Both the position numbers and the translations under genes were made by a program. The notes below the pieces were generated by a model. The model had not been told where the DNA came from and did not search any database. It saw nothing but the letters and a program-made list of their open reading frames with translations. This document shows positions 39,972 to 53,155 of a stretch of 64,000 nucleotides of DNA, one piece after another. Source of the DNA: Podarcis muralis (Eukaryota). The stretch is from contig NC_135658.1 in assembly GCF_964188315.1 (NCBI RefSeq), positions 98,208,001 to 98,272,000 on the forward strand. The letters run 5' to 3'. Every line of letters starts with the position of its first letter. Position 1 is the stretch's first letter.

Positions 39972-42900
39972 AAGTTCCATATAGTCCATCATCTTCATCT
40001 GCCATTCTTCGATAGTTGGTAAATCTTGTTTCTTCCAATTTAGGAGGATCAGTGTTTTGAGCTGCATGCAAGATGATCTCCACCTTTTTCCTGTGAAATG
40101 TTGGGGGCACATGTATTATAGCCTGGCACTGTGTGAATTATAGAGGAATGACTACTGTAACTCAGTCCCATTCACAGGCCTTTAATTAAAGCAACAGAAG
40201 GTGGCTTCAAAATTATTGTCCCGATTGCCTGAGGTTCTTTAAAAAAGACCTTACAGATTAGATTAGATGAGGGCAAGAAGTCCATACATGGTGGGCATTT
40301 TCCACAGGAGATCTTAATCAGGTTGCCCTTAGGGGAGTTTCATTCTGTGCTCATTGTGCGAGAGTGGGGGCCTGCGCTGCATTTTGAAGACACAAAGAAA
40401 GGTAAGCCCCCTCCTGCGGTGGGTAAACATGGCCATTGTTCCTTCACCCCTGTTGGCTGGAATGAATGCTAAGCACTCGGATAATAAATGAAATTCCTCA
40501 AACCTGCAAGGAATGTGTCCATTCAAGCAGTGTGTCAGCCACCTGTCATTTCCCTTTATTGCCATTGAAGGCCCATCTCTGATCTAATCATAGGTTTGGA
40601 GGAGTGTGGCTTTTAGAGACTAGGAGGATGGAGTCTGGGTTAAAATCCTGGAGTTAGCCCTTCATTTGCAGAGGTGTGTACCTAAGAACCCAGATCCTTT
40701 GCAGAAGGGGGTGGGAGGGGAACAGTGATGTTTAAATAAAAATCCAAAGGACAGAGGACCTGGAACTTTGGCAAGCCAAGGTACGATGCATTTGTAAACT
40801 AAGACTAGAGACACAATTTACTCTTGCACCACAAAGCAGGGGTCACCAACACTTTTGGGCCCATGGACATATTTTGAATTGCAAGAGAGGGTTTGCTTCT
40901 CTCTTCCTAGTCAGTCTCCAGGCAGGCAGGCAGGCAGGCAGGCACAGACATAAAACACTTAACTTTTCCACAGGGTCTGTGGACAAAAGCTGGATCATGA
41001 AAAGGACCCACTTGCGTTTCACACATGGCCTCCCACAGAACAGCTGTCAAATCGCAGCTTATTATGGTAGGCTGTGCCAGTGCAAGTCACAAAAGCACAG
41101 ATCCACAGCGTGGACCCTCATGGATGTTCATTATTTTTTTACATATCGTGACAACAAAATTACCCCCAACACATCTGCATGCACAGAGGTGACCTATGGT
41201 TTGATGATGGTTTGGAGGGGAATCAATCCCTTGTAAAATTTCTAAGGATCCGTGAGAATCTATGCCTTTGATTCATGCTTTTGCACTAGATGTGATTGTC
41301 AGCGGACAAAGGTGTGATCAGTGATTTTTTTTGGGGGGGGGGTTAAGGGGAGATGATTGTGGGGAAGGGGCAAAAGTATGCCATTTCAGAGAATCTGTTT
41401 TATTGGACCCAATTTGTGTTTGTGCATTTTTCCTCTGTCCAGGTCCTCTGTCCTTTGAATTTTTATTTAAACATCACTGTTCCCCTCTCCCGCTCCCTCT
41501 CCTTTGCCATCCTTACTCCTGTGGCATCCTCCTTTCTCCCTTTTCTTTTCCCCAGTCACCCAAATTGCTCTCCTTTCTCACTTCAGCACAGCACAACACA
41601 ACACAGCACACTTCAACATTTGAAGTGGCCCTGAGATTGCTATGAGTGCATGCTGGATTAGCAGAATTACCTATTTCTTCCAATGGATGAGTAAAAGTAG
41701 ACAAGGACGTGTAATCATGCAGAGGCACAACAGGCAAACTCTTCCTTAGTTGGTACTTGGTGCTCCCGGGTTCCTTTAATTCCATTTCCTGTCCTGCTGG
41801 TGGTTCACTTGCAGCATACAAGGCGCTCTGGCACACAGTGTGGGAATTGCTGCCATAAAGAAGCAGAACACTGTCAAACTGTTGTGCAGAAAGAGCGTGT
41901 ATCAATAACGGCTGATGGAACGCAGGACAGAAAATGAGTTCTAGCTGGTGTGCTGGATCGTTTTAAATGAATCCCGCATTGTATAATGAAAGGAAAAATG
42001 AAATGATCTTCAGTGAAATGTGGTCACAGATTCCATCCAAGACTTTTCCTGCAATTAAGTTACATTTGCTGATCCAAGATGCCTTTAAGTGAAGCATTAA
42101 TATAAAGGCTCTGATTATTCACAGTCAAAGAAAGTTGATTCTTTTACTTGGAAATCAAAGCATTCTTTCACAGTGGTTCTTTTAGAGTTGTCTTCACACA
42201 GGGATTCATGCGCACAAGCTATGCTTGCTGTCTCTGGCAAGCTCGTCTTTCTACACTCTAAACAACATGGTCAACATTCAGCCCTTTGCATATGCATGGG
42301 AGCAAAGTTTCGTCCCCTGCTCACTTCCTTACACAAAATGCAAATAGTTTTTAAATTCATTGAGTTTTGGCCAAGCCCCCCCCCCCCAAACATCCCAGCC
42401 TTCAGTGACAATCAGAACAATGTACAGGATTGCGTATGCAAAAGTAGCCGCTTCTTAGCATTTCTCACATTTTGAAGGGTTGCAGATTTTGCCATGATCA
42501 GAGAGCTAAGTTTGCGAAGCCAACTGTGAGCCCTTAGACTTGTTCAAGCTTAGAGAATGAAGGAATCTTGATTTGCGTCAGCCGTCGGCCATAGCAATAA
42601 AACAACAATACAAAGAATGGAAATAAAAAGTCAATTATATAAAATGCATTTTAGGGTTTTGAATCAATAGTCAAATAGTGGATCTTATTCTGATTGCCCC
42701 AGCTAAAAACCTTGCAACCTCAGACAGCATCTCCTTATAATTAAGGGTCAGCAGACTCCAGACTTCCTGAATCTGCTTAGTTTCTCCCCCACTTTAACTA
42801 AGATCCCAAGATCTACCAACCAGAGCCAGGTGCAGAAGACACAGAATGAGAATAGAAGAGCCCAGTGGAGAAATTCTGGATCAGATATGTTTTCAGTAAC

Positions 42901-43399
42901 AGCCGAATTGGGGTGGGAAAAGTCATCTTCTCATCTTTAGACAATTGAGAGTCAGAAACCCATGCTGATTTACTGTAGATAAGCCTGATTTATCTTCTGC
43001 CCCCACTCAGCCTAGATCACATAACAAATTACTATTCAAAGTGGGTGGTGGGAGTAGCTTCAAAAGTACTTTGTGACGTAGTGCAGTTCAAAGAAGGGAA
43101 AGGCATTGGTTTAGCCTGGAGAAAAAAGTCCTCTGTGAGAACACTCTTAAAAATTCCTGAAGGGATGTCTCATAGAAGAGGGCAAAGGCATGTTCTGGCA
43201 TAAGTCACAGGGCTAGGTGAACTGCAATATCTGGATCAGTCTCTACACTATTCCTGTTTCTAGGGCTTCTTCCAGAGTGGTCCCCCCCCCCCCCCGACTA
43301 TGTAATTAAAGGGGGAATCCAGGTCTTTTTTTCCAGATGGGAGACACTAACTTTAACATCCTATACCCTTTTAAATGTATTTGTGGGAGGTGATGGGGG

Positions 43400-43945
43400 A
43401 GGGCAGCTTATTGATTTGTGCTTTTTTGTTCTTGTTTTTATTATGTATTTTTGTGTTTTTATCTTGTATTTTTATGTTGTGAACTGCCCTGAGATCTATG
43501 GATGAAGGGCAGCATACAAATTTAATAAAAGAATTTGACTTACCAGTCAGGTTTTCTTTATTTTCTTTTTTTAAACCAAAGGCCAACTCAAAGCAATTTA
43601 CAACAGAAGACAAAAATTAAAACAAAACAAAAGCTACAAACATTGATATATCTATAAAGCAGGCCCACCCACTAAAAAGGGCTAAATCTCTCCCAAGTTA
43701 AAGGCCATAAGCCTGGCTGAAAATGAATGTTTTCCTGGTGCTGAAAGGTGGCTGGTTATGGTGCCAGGCATGCTTCCCTGGGGAATTCCATAACTGGGGA
43801 GCCACCACTGAAAAGGCCCTGTTCTTGTATTGCCACTCTCTGAATCTACCTCAGAGATGGTACATACATGGAGAAGAACCTCAGATGAATCCAGGTCCAC
43901 GTTGGTTCATGTGGGGAGAGGTAGTCCTTGAAGCTTTGGGTCCAG
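43400..43945. mobile_element. Degraded L2-like fragments (plus-strand 3' tail ~43400-43530, minus-strand ORF2 end ~43690-43945)
   Basis: Tail GTGAACTGCCCTGAGATCTATGGATGAAGGGC and GGGAGCCACCACTGAAAAGGCCC (encodes RAFSVVAP). Confidence 0.6.
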
Positions 43946-44270
43946 GTCTGCACACACCACACTTCAAATTGCAATAACTCAGGGTGCATTGACACTGACT
44001 GACTAGGGCTGGAGGAGCTCAAGGGAACTTTTAGTCTCTGGGCTTTGAGGACATTTTTGGAGAAAGCACCTCTCTCCTGCTACGCCCACTCTTGTCCTAT
44101 TGCTTGTCTGCCTACTGCACAACTGAAAGGGGGTGAGAGGATTTCCAACTTTGAGTGAAAATAGGTTCATAGCTACTAAAAGTCTCCAACTTTGTTTAAA
44201 AAGAAGTGCCCCGAATTGCGGTGTGAATTCATAGCCTGACTCCAGTCTTCTTAACCGGAAATTAAAATGA

Positions 44271-44381
44271 TACAAATCTATCGTATGACTGCACCTGGAA
44301 TACTGTGATGAGTTCTGGTTGCGGCGCCATCAAAAGGATGCTGTAGGGTTGGATAAGGTAATGAACCAAATAATCAAGGGC
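44271..44381 (+). mobile_element. CR1 LINE ORF2 fragment (another at ~43105-43200)
   Basis: Encodes YKSIV*LHLEYCDEFW..HQKD..LDKV, matching the CR1 motif RPHLEYCVQFW. Confidence 0.65.
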
Positions 44382-46238
44382 AGAGTTACAGTGCGATGTT
44401 TCCAGCAGAAGTTTCCTGAGCTTTTTGCAGGTGAGTCATTACGTTGTTCCTTACTCCCAGTTAAAGATAAACCTTGCAAATTAGATTTCAAAAGAAGGGG
44501 CTCAGAGAACAGAGGCTAAGAGCCTGTGATGTACATATGCATTATCTATACATTTTGAGATTTGACTTTGATGCTTCCAACTCCTTTGAGAAGATCTGAA
44601 TAACATATGGCCTTATAATGTAAATCATATTGTTGACTTTTAAATGACTTAATCAGATTACCTGGGGGATACGAACTGTGTGCCAGACAAACGAAATGAT
44701 CAATAACAATGAGAGAGAAATGGACAGATTAACAGAGCTGAGACGTTCAGTGTGTATTTGATCATTCCTTTCACTGGAAACAGCACTTTGATCTGATCTC
44801 AGGGGAATAGCAAGGAGGGTCTGTAGGAAGCAAAAAAGAGTGCGTAATATGGCGCCTTAAAGACAAACCCATTTATTGTGACATAAGCGTCTGTGAGCTC
44901 CAGCCGCTATTTTAACATTGCTACTCCAGATGCGTTAACTACACTCCCCAAATCAGAGGGTGGTTTACAGATGCTGGCATTTTGCTCTGAACTCCTTCCC
45001 ATCTGTGATTACACTAGAGGTTCATCCCCTGTGCTCAACATTCTGGCAGTGGTGTTATTGAACAGTAGCTCGGTTCATAATGTTGATCCCTGGTCTCACC
45101 GTGAGTGAACAGTCTGGTCTAGCATGTGTAACACATGGGGGATCTGATGCATCTCTGCCTTCCTGTGTACTGTGTCCAATACTAATCCAGACTAGAGGGT
45201 TTGTAGGGAAGGCATTTCATAGTTCATTCTCCCTCACTGAGAAGCCTCTCCTCTTAGCAGCTGGAGTAGAGGGCCTGTGTCTGGTGTGGGGTCAAGGAGA
45301 CAGGTTGAGGATGCTGTTGCTGTACTGCTCACCTTGCTGCCCCAAAACCTCCCTGACCAAGCTGGCTGATGTAGTTTCCGGTGTGGTCTTGTAGGATCTT
45401 CAATATCCAAGGGCGCCTCAGAGGCAGCTTAGGGTTTCATGGTTTCCAAAGCAACTAAATGGAACTGCCCCATGAGTGTCAGCAGCTCAACATAGACCAG
45501 AATATACACATGTAATGTTCACCTCCACATTCACAGAGATTCGTGTGCTTTGCTCACATGAATGCAAAGCCATGGTTTATGGGTTACATGAGCCCATTCC
45601 ACCTTCTCCCTGTGTACACTCCGTTTCATCCACCAACATTGGTTCAAACCATAGTTTCCAATCCTGGGTTGGAAGGCAACAGCTAACCAGGAAATAAATG
45701 AATTGGAGAACATGAGAGGAAGCACATGATTCCATGAATTACTTGTAATTTCTTCCTGGCCACCAAGTTGAGGTTATGTCTCAGGTAAACCATGGGAAAC
45801 TGTACTGATTGAATTTCTACTTTCCACAGTGTGATCAAAGGCACAAAGCCAGCCTGGAAACATGTGCCATCCCAGACGTATCCAAATCTGAGTAACAGAA
45901 AATGCTTTCCTTGTAGCTGAACATAAATGCTTCCCAACAGAAGGATGCTTAAAAATGGTATTCTACAAGGATATTCTCATGTTCCTAGAAATCAGAGGAA
46001 CACAAAAATGGCTTAGTACTTAAAATTATTTTCAAATATGAACTCTTAAAGAAACACCAGTTACAGATTAACAAATTCAAATGCCTTTAATAGTCTACGT
46101 TTCAGCACAAGGGCTGGTATATGAATTTTGAAATTGACAAAAGCGATTCAAAAAGTTCTCTTTAAATTTGAAATAAAGGGAATGAAAATAGAGGTGTGTA
46201 ATTAAGTAGTTTTTAGAACACGATTATGATTATCAACA

Positions 46239-46244
46239 TTTATT
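46239..46244 (-). terminator. Candidate PIBF1 polyadenylation signal AATAAA
   Basis: Plus-strand TTTATT 15 nt past the stop codon. An ATTAAA alternative lies at 46086-46091. Confidence 0.35.
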
Positions 46245-46259
46245 TCTTGAAATAATAAC

Positions 46260-46316
46260 CTAAGATGCTTTTTTCTGCTTTACCTTCTTCAAGTATTGTA
46301 GTGGAGCTTCGTTTGT
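46260..46316 (-). CDS. PIBF1: PIBF1 terminal coding exon (TNEAPLQYLKKVKQKKAS*)
   Basis: Acceptor ttattttatttcacAG|ACA at 46317/46316 and TAG at 46262-46260. In frame with the previous exon and resembles the human terminus TKKEAP...KKQKMKT. Confidence 0.8.
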   Translation of the reverse strand, partial: TNEAPLQYLKKVKQKKAS

Positions 46317-47012
46317 CTGTGAAATAAAATAAACACATTTGTGTAGTTGAAGCAAGCAATAATAAAGCAGCAGTGGTGCAGCACTCGCCTAACACTTAAC
46401 CTGCAACCATTTTGGCAAGTTTCAGTCCTACTGCTATAATTTCATGACAGCTGCACATTTAACATGAATCAGGCAAGCAAACAAAACACAACCACCAAAA
46501 CAAACAAGTATGCAATTCAAGATCTACCTCCAGAAAACCTGAATTCTGTAATCTCTGAACATTATGAAAATGAAACGCATTTGCATACATTTGCTCATGT
46601 TGTATAACCTAGTCTGTTTGTGCTGGGCACTGAAAGAGCCAAAGAACTATGCAAATCAATGAACACTTGTGCTCTGTGTTCAGCCTCACCTTCAAGACCT
46701 TATGTAAGGCCTGCCATTACATTTTCAAACCTACCTTTACAGTTTTAGGGTGCCTCTGCACTCTCAGTTTACAGGTGGTTGGCACCATCAATCAAGGTGC
46801 TGTCCACCTAAAAGCCAAATATTCAATTGGGGCAGTGAGCAGCAATCTGTGCTCCAACCACATCAATGAACATACTCAGCAGTTGGGAATGTTACCAATA
46901 TTATAAAAAAAACCTGATGGGTCAAAACCTCCATAACAACAAGTACCTTGCTTTGTTTCAGAAGCTGTCTTTCTGCTCTTATCAGGTCTAGAGGTACCCT
47001 CATTATCAAGAT

Positions 47013-47263
47013 CAGGGGTCAGCAAGGTTTATCTTGCTGGGGGGGGGGGATCGGTCCCGCAGAGATCCCTCCATGGGCCTGATCGCCTGCCCGCCCATGA
47101 TTTTCTGCGTCTGCGCTGATGTGATTTTCGGGGCCACGGAAGCGAGTCCCGCACTGTGCCGTGCCGGTTTAGCGCAGTGCACGAGCAGGCAGCTCAGTTC
47201 GGGGGTGGCTCGGGGGCCGGTCAAACGACCTCCGGCCCATGGGCCTTAGGTTGCTGACCCCTG
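47013..47263. mobile_element. hAT MITE
   Basis: TIR CAGGGGTCAGCAA with perfect 8-bp TSD ATCAAGAT. Confidence 0.9.
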
Positions 47264-47295
47264 ATCAAGATGCTAATTTAAACATAACACTAAGG

Positions 47296-47435
47296 AGATC
47301 ACTTGGTTAGAGCACGGTGCTGATAATGCCAAGGTTACAGGTGTGATCCCCATAAGGGACAGCTGTGCATTCCCACATTGCAGGGGGTTGGACTAGATGA
47401 TCCTCAGGGTCCCTTCCAACTCTGATTCTATGATC
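47296..47435 (+). mobile_element. tRNA-Ile-like SINE with CR1-type 3' tail
   Basis: TTGGTTAGAGCACGGTGCTGATAATGCCAAGG...GGGGTTGGACTAGATGATCCTCAGGGTCCCTTCCAACTCTGATTCTATGA. Confidence 0.75.
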
Positions 47436-48172
47436 TGTTGCCTGGACAATTTGACTGTTCTGTCAGTGCAAGCATTTCCGCTTGTGCAACAAAAAGATCT
47501 CCCCCAGCCCCCACTCCTCTGGGTGTTCTCCCAACCCTCCAAAGTAGACTTGCGGAAGGTGCCGGGGGGCATGCATGGGGAGGAAGCCCCACTGTGCTAG
47601 TAGGAGTCCTTCTGCTAGTAGAATGAGTTAGTTTAATCCAGCCCCATATTTTGTGCATGCAATGTGATTGGAATAAATATAGCTCTCTTCAGTGAAAAAT
47701 AATGGCATACTATATATTAAGGTGTTAAAAAAACATTTCAACTCATGGAGATGCTAAAGAAGAGCTAGGGGAAACAGCAGCTGTGCTAAAATACAGAGAT
47801 ATACTAAGGATAATAATTTAGTATTAGAGATGTTTGGAAAATAATACTTGAAAGTAGCGGTGTCAGTTACATAAGGTTAACACCATCTCACTTGCATTCT
47901 GTCTTTAAGGCCCACAGACAGTCTCTTCTTTTGCAGAAGATACACAAAAGAGAGCTGCACCAAATTCAAACAAAAATCTTGTGTTCAGATTGTGATTAGC
48001 AGATACGATTACTTCTGACCTCCCTGCACCCTCCTCTCAAACAACAACAACAGTACAAGGTTCTGCAGTTAAATCTTTGGAAAAACCATGGAACAAAGAC
48101 ATAGGCTGGTGTGACATGGCATCCATTTAGATTAGTCATTGCTTAAATGGATGTATGCCTCAAAGAAGCATA

Positions 48173-48510
48173 AAGGTAAAGGGAACCCTGACCATTAGGT
48201 CCAGTCGTGGCCGACTCTGGGGTTGTGGCGCTCATCTCGCTTTATTGGCCGAGGGAGCCGGCGTGATTCATGTGGCCAGCATGATTCCGCTTCTGGTGAA
48301 CCAGAGCAGCGAACGGAAACACCATTTACCTTCCTGCCGGAGCGGTACCTATTTATCTACTTGCACTTTGAGGTGCTTTTGAACTGCTAGGTTGGTAGGA
48401 GCAGGGACCGAACAACGGGAGCTCACCCCGTCGCGGGGATTCGAACCGCCGACCTTCTGATCGGCAAGTCCTAGGCTCTGTGGTTTAACCCACAGCGCCA
48501 CCCACGTCCC
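48173..48510 (-). mobile_element. Sauria SINE, subtype 1
   Basis: 12-bp TSD CAAAGAAGCATA. Confidence 0.92.
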
Positions 48511-49149
48511 TCCCCAAAGAAGCATAGTGAAGTTTATTATTTGGAATACCTTTTCTTTATCCAAGACACTGTTCCATTGAGCATATTTGTTATTTCTCAA
48601 TCACCTTTACTGTCAAACCTGGGAGGTAATTTTCTCCTATTTGCATTTGTTGCAAAGCCATTTCCCAGGATTTCCATAAAGTTCTGTGGGCGTCTGCTTA
48701 CTGAGAGCTCTTGTAGTTTTTAAGTTAGTGTCGGACTTAAGACTGGAGGGGCCAAATCGCCACTTAGAGGAAATGTGTGATTCATGGTGACACTTAAATA
48801 CGTGTCTTGAGCAGCTATGGGAGCAATCCAAAGCCAAGACCTGTGAGGGTAAGTGGAATTGGGTAAAGGTGAGGATCTGGCTGAGCCTGGGCTCAGCTGT
48901 GGCTACGCTGGCTGGAGTCCCCCATTCTGGCTCAGCCACAGATGCACTGCCTAAGTCCTCCATCCTGGCTCAGCTGGCGTAAGTCTCAAAAAAGGAACAT
49001 TCCAGGAACATGGCAGGGGGAGACATTTCCCTCTTCCAAACTCTGGTTTAGTTCAGTCACGTGACCTAGCAACACAGTAGAAGTGACACTGGCAAATAGG
49101 TTGGTGTAAGTCTAATTCTATCTTAAAGGCTTGCTTATTATTTTCTTAA

Positions 49150-49480
49150 TTTTTTCATTATATTTGTGTACTGCCCTATACCCGTAGATCTGAGGGTGGT
49201 TTGTAACATAAAAATCACATATAAAAAACAGAAAATACATAAAACAAAAATAAAGGCAACCCTCAATCAGTCAAAGGCCTGGTTAAAGAGGAATGTTTCT
49301 GCCTGGCGCCAGCTGAACCTCCCTGGGGAGAGCATTCCACAGACGGGGAGCCACTGCAGAAAAGGCCCGTTCCCGTGTTGCCACCCTCTGGACCTGTCGT
49401 GGAGGAGGCACACGAAAAAGGACCTCAGAAGATAACATCAGGGTCTGGTAGGTTTAAATGGAAAGAGCTGGTCCTTGTTT
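49150..49480 (-). mobile_element. L2-like LINE 3' fragment
   Basis: GGGAGCCACTGCAGAAAAGGCCC (encodes RAFSAVAP) plus 3' UTR related to the 43.4-kb copy. Confidence 0.65.
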
Positions 49481-49625
49481 TCCCTCTGCGAGACTCAGAC
49501 CAGCTCACTTGGCAGTATCCTTGCTCCTGAATTTGGAACAGGAATCAATTGCCCCAGGATAATTTACCCTGGTGTAACATATGCTGACTTCCTATAGCTT
49601 GGATTGCGCTGCCCTTTAGGAACTA

Positions 49626-49855
49626 TAGTCATACTTGGGTTGAAGTAGCTTCAGGTTGAGCGTTTTCGGGTTGCGCTCCATGGCGAGCCGGAAGTAACGG
49701 AACGTGTTACTTCCAGGTTTTGCGCTCACGCAGATGCTCAAAATGACGTCATGCGCAGGTGGCAAATCGCGACCGGCGCAGACGCGGGTTGCGTTCGCTT
49801 CAGGATGCGAATGGGGCTTCGGAACGGATCCCGTTCGCATCCAGAGGTACCGCTG
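49626..49855. mobile_element. Tc1/mariner-Tigger-like MITE
   Basis: TA-flanked imperfect TIR (TAGTCATAC../..GAGGTACCGCTG) with CpG-rich interior. Confidence 0.7.
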
Positions 49856-49877
49856 TATTCACTTCTCTCTTTATTAG

Positions 49878-50135
49878 GAGCATTCTGGTATGGTGGTTAG
49901 AGTATTGGATCCTGGTTCAGATCCTGACAGAGCCCTGAAGGTCACTAGGTGATTCTGAGTCACCACGTCACAGGGTTGTTGAGGATAAAATGGTAAGAAG
50001 ACCATGTATGCTGCCTTGAACACTTAGGTGGAAGGGTGGACTAAACATTTAATTTGTTGTGAGGATAAAATGGGTAAGAAGACCATGTATGCTGCCTTGA
50101 ACACTTAGGTGGAAGGGTGGACTAAACATTTAATT
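49878..50135 (+). mobile_element. Degraded CORE/Squam3-like SINE with an ~80-bp tandemly duplicated 3' end
   Basis: GGTATGGTGGTTAGAG head and CACAGGGTTGTTGAGGATAAAATGG body. Two near-identical units at ~49975-50054 and ~50055-50135. Confidence 0.65.
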
Positions 50136-50276
50136 AATGAAAATAAAATACACATATTTTTATTTCAGAGCTCATAGTTCCAACATTGTATCTACCACAC
50201 TGATCTACCAAGATCTAATAAAAAGCATAAAAGTTGCTGTACCATGAAAATAAATAAAAACTGTTGCTGTACTTAC

Positions 50277-50450
50277 AAATAATGTTGGTTTGGGTGCAAA
50301 GACATTTCCTTCCTCGTGTTCAAAAGACAAATTGACTGCTGGACTTGATACGGCTTTTGCATGCAGATTTTGACTCTGTTTCTGGGGCAAACTATCTCCT
50401 TGGGGTTTACCATGAAGACGAATCAACATCTGTTTCATCACAGCCAGTTC
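50277..50450 (-). CDS. PIBF1: PIBF1 (CEP90) penultimate coding exon (174 bp, ELAVMKQMLIRLHGK...EHEEGNVFAPKPTLF)
   Basis: Acceptor ttttttgttAAG|GAA at 50451/50450 and donor TTT|GTAAGT at 50277/50276, phase 0 at both ends. Resembles the recalled human PIBF1 C-terminus (ELAAMKQIL...TPKPTLF). PIBF1 neighbours KLF5 in human. Confidence 0.88.
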
Positions 50451-52927
50451 CTTAACAAAAAAGAAGTCAAACCGTAAGCCTCCATTACTGGTTATAGAAC
50501 ACCCATTTTCTATTCACCAAAGCATGGAAATGGAATCATTACAGTACAATAAGGATGGTTATCTCCCTTTCTGGTCTGATTACTTATTTGAAACCACTTC
50601 ATAAAGGAAGTAATAAAATAAAAAAGGCACAAGATTTATATAAATAGGAGCTCATCATTTGTGAAATGCTGTGACAGAAAAAGATTTACAGAGCACAGTT
50701 AAGCATCCCACTGGCTCTTTTTCACTTAAACTGCCATTTATTTTAAAACGATTCTTTTTAAAGGTTTGTTTTGAAAAGGCAGAGCACTGGCTTAATCCAA
50801 TCTGCATGCTTACAAATAAGAGGCAGATGGCTGGGATAAGAGAGCATGTCTTACAAAGGCAGATATAAAAAACACTTATTACTCCCAGTAAAGCGAGAGG
50901 AGTGGGAACATCCAGGAGAAGACATGCACACTACAAAGATCACAGCAAATATAGGAAAAAATGTTGTAAAGAGACGAGCTTCCCTCTCTGAAACAGAAAA
51001 GCAATTTTTTGCCTCTCTCAACAAGTCAGTGCTCTGGACTTGCCTCCCAATCGGGAGAGATGCTCAGTAAAGTAATGAAGAGAGAGACATAGGCCATGTT
51101 TGCACACTACATGGTTGAGCATGAATGCGCCCCATCAGTGTGCACCTCTCCCTTCCCCATGGCTTATGCTGAGGCAGTGTTTAGCTTGACAGTTAAAACA
51201 CTTCAATTTAGTGCTATGTTTGAAGTTGTTATATCGGTTTAAGAGAATTGTGTTAAATTATGCAACAAGTCAATGTCAAACCAAAGTTTGTTTCAGTATA
51301 ATGTTAACCCAGGATTTTCTAATAGTGAAACTAAACTCTACTGAAGCCCTCTTCCCCATTGCATGGGAGGAGAGGGGATGTAGTAGACGTAGTGCTAAAC
51401 CATGGTTAAATGTTACCTTTGAATACAACCACAGAGCTCTGTTGAGGGTGGATTATTCTACCCCCTTCATACTTCAACCAACCAACCAAAGCAAACACTT
51501 TTAAACACAAGAATGAAACAAGCATCCAGTTTTAGTTCTGAAAATAAGTCTTCTTCATTATCAGAAGTTGGAAAACTGTTAATTAACAGAACCATCCAGG
51601 CATGTAAATTCTAGTTTGGGGTTCCATTTGTCACTTTTCATCTTGACAGATAATATTTATCTATTTCACAATGATTTGGGCTTCAGGGAACTGTAAGGAG
51701 GCCTGGATAAACTCATGCAACAGTGGTGTAAAAAATGAATGCTTGCAGTTTAATGTCAGACAACAACAAGCAAGTAGCAGTAGACTGTAAGTTAACAATA
51801 GATTTCTTAATTCACATTGATTCAGTTTTGGTTACAATTATGAAAATGAGCCTTGGAGGATGAAAGCATGCCATTCCTCATACACAATTACTTATAAGCA
51901 GCTCTATAATACCGTAGGATGTAAATTCTTCTGCTCAAAAGGTAAAAATAGGCACACTTTGTTGTGCTGACTGTTACATCTACTTAATAAATGCCCAATA
52001 TTTCAGTTATGGGCTCCTCATAACACTACCGCAAACCCTTAAAGCACACCAAACCACTTTATCCACTGGGTACATTCTTCTTATTGCTCAGTCATTCAAT
52101 ATTGCAAGTATTTGCATAATTCAGCCATGTGCAGTGGCATGTCAAAACAGCTCAACTGCAGAGCAGCTGTTTCAAAGGGCTGCATAACTGATACCAACAT
52201 GTTGCTGAAAGTTGTAAACTCTGCAAAGATGTTGCCAAAGCAATGCATAGACAAAATTTCTCGATGAAAATAACTTGGACAATTATATTACAAGCACACG
52301 CTTCATCTTTACAGCACTGAGGCTGCAATCCTAAGCATATCCACTGGGAAGCTATGGAAATAAGTATTCAGGCAGGTTTAGGATTGGGATGCAAATCATG
52401 TTTTCATTTTAGCAACCACTGTGCTGCACCATATTCTGATTGAAGAGATGTTGAAATTGTACTCCAAAACATGACAATGGTAGCCAATTCTCAGGCTGAT
52501 AGAGAGTTTACATTTCAGAGAACACAAAGCAATCTTTTAGTAGTTATTTGGCCCTCATATCTCCTGGAGACAGGCCAACTCTCAGGCGAGGGAGGGAGAG
52601 AGAATATGCCCTCTCCAAAAATCTTCCCAACTCCTTGTAAACCAGCACAGTCTTGCATGCGGTAAGTCATGGTCTTAATTTCCATCACAGAACATGAGGA
52701 AATCACATTTGAGAAAGTAGGAAAGCCTTCCATGCACTTAAAAAAAAAGTTTTAATGAAAACCTCTTCTAGCCAATATCTAGGTGTCTTCCAGAAGTGAT
52801 GCGAGAACCTTTTATTTAAATGTAATCATTTTAAGTGGGGGCTTTGAAGATTAGCAAATTGCTACCCAGCCAAAGCTTCATGGAACACGATATAAATTGA
52901 GCAAAGGAACAATACAAGCACAACATA

Positions 52928-53155
52928 CAGTGGACGCTTGGGTTGCGAACGTTATCCGTGCGGGATGCACATTCACAACTCGCAGCATTCGCAACCCACA
53001 GCGGTGCATCTGCACATGCGCGGGTGCAATTTGGTGCTTCTGCACATGCGCAACCGCCGAATCCCAGAAGTAACCCATTCCGGTACTTCCGGGTTTCGGT
53101 GGTCCGTAACCTGGAAAAATGCAACCTGAAGTGTCTGTAACCTGAGTGCTGACTG
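52928..53155. mobile_element. Tc1/mariner-Tigger-like MITE
   Basis: TA-CAGTGGACGCT...GTGCTGACTG-TA with GCGCATGTGC-type core motifs. Confidence 0.7.

Noticed and set aside
48860-48980. Repeated CTGGCTCAGC / GCTGAGCC motifs
   Set aside because: Only short scattered matches, most likely a decayed repeat. No defined structure.
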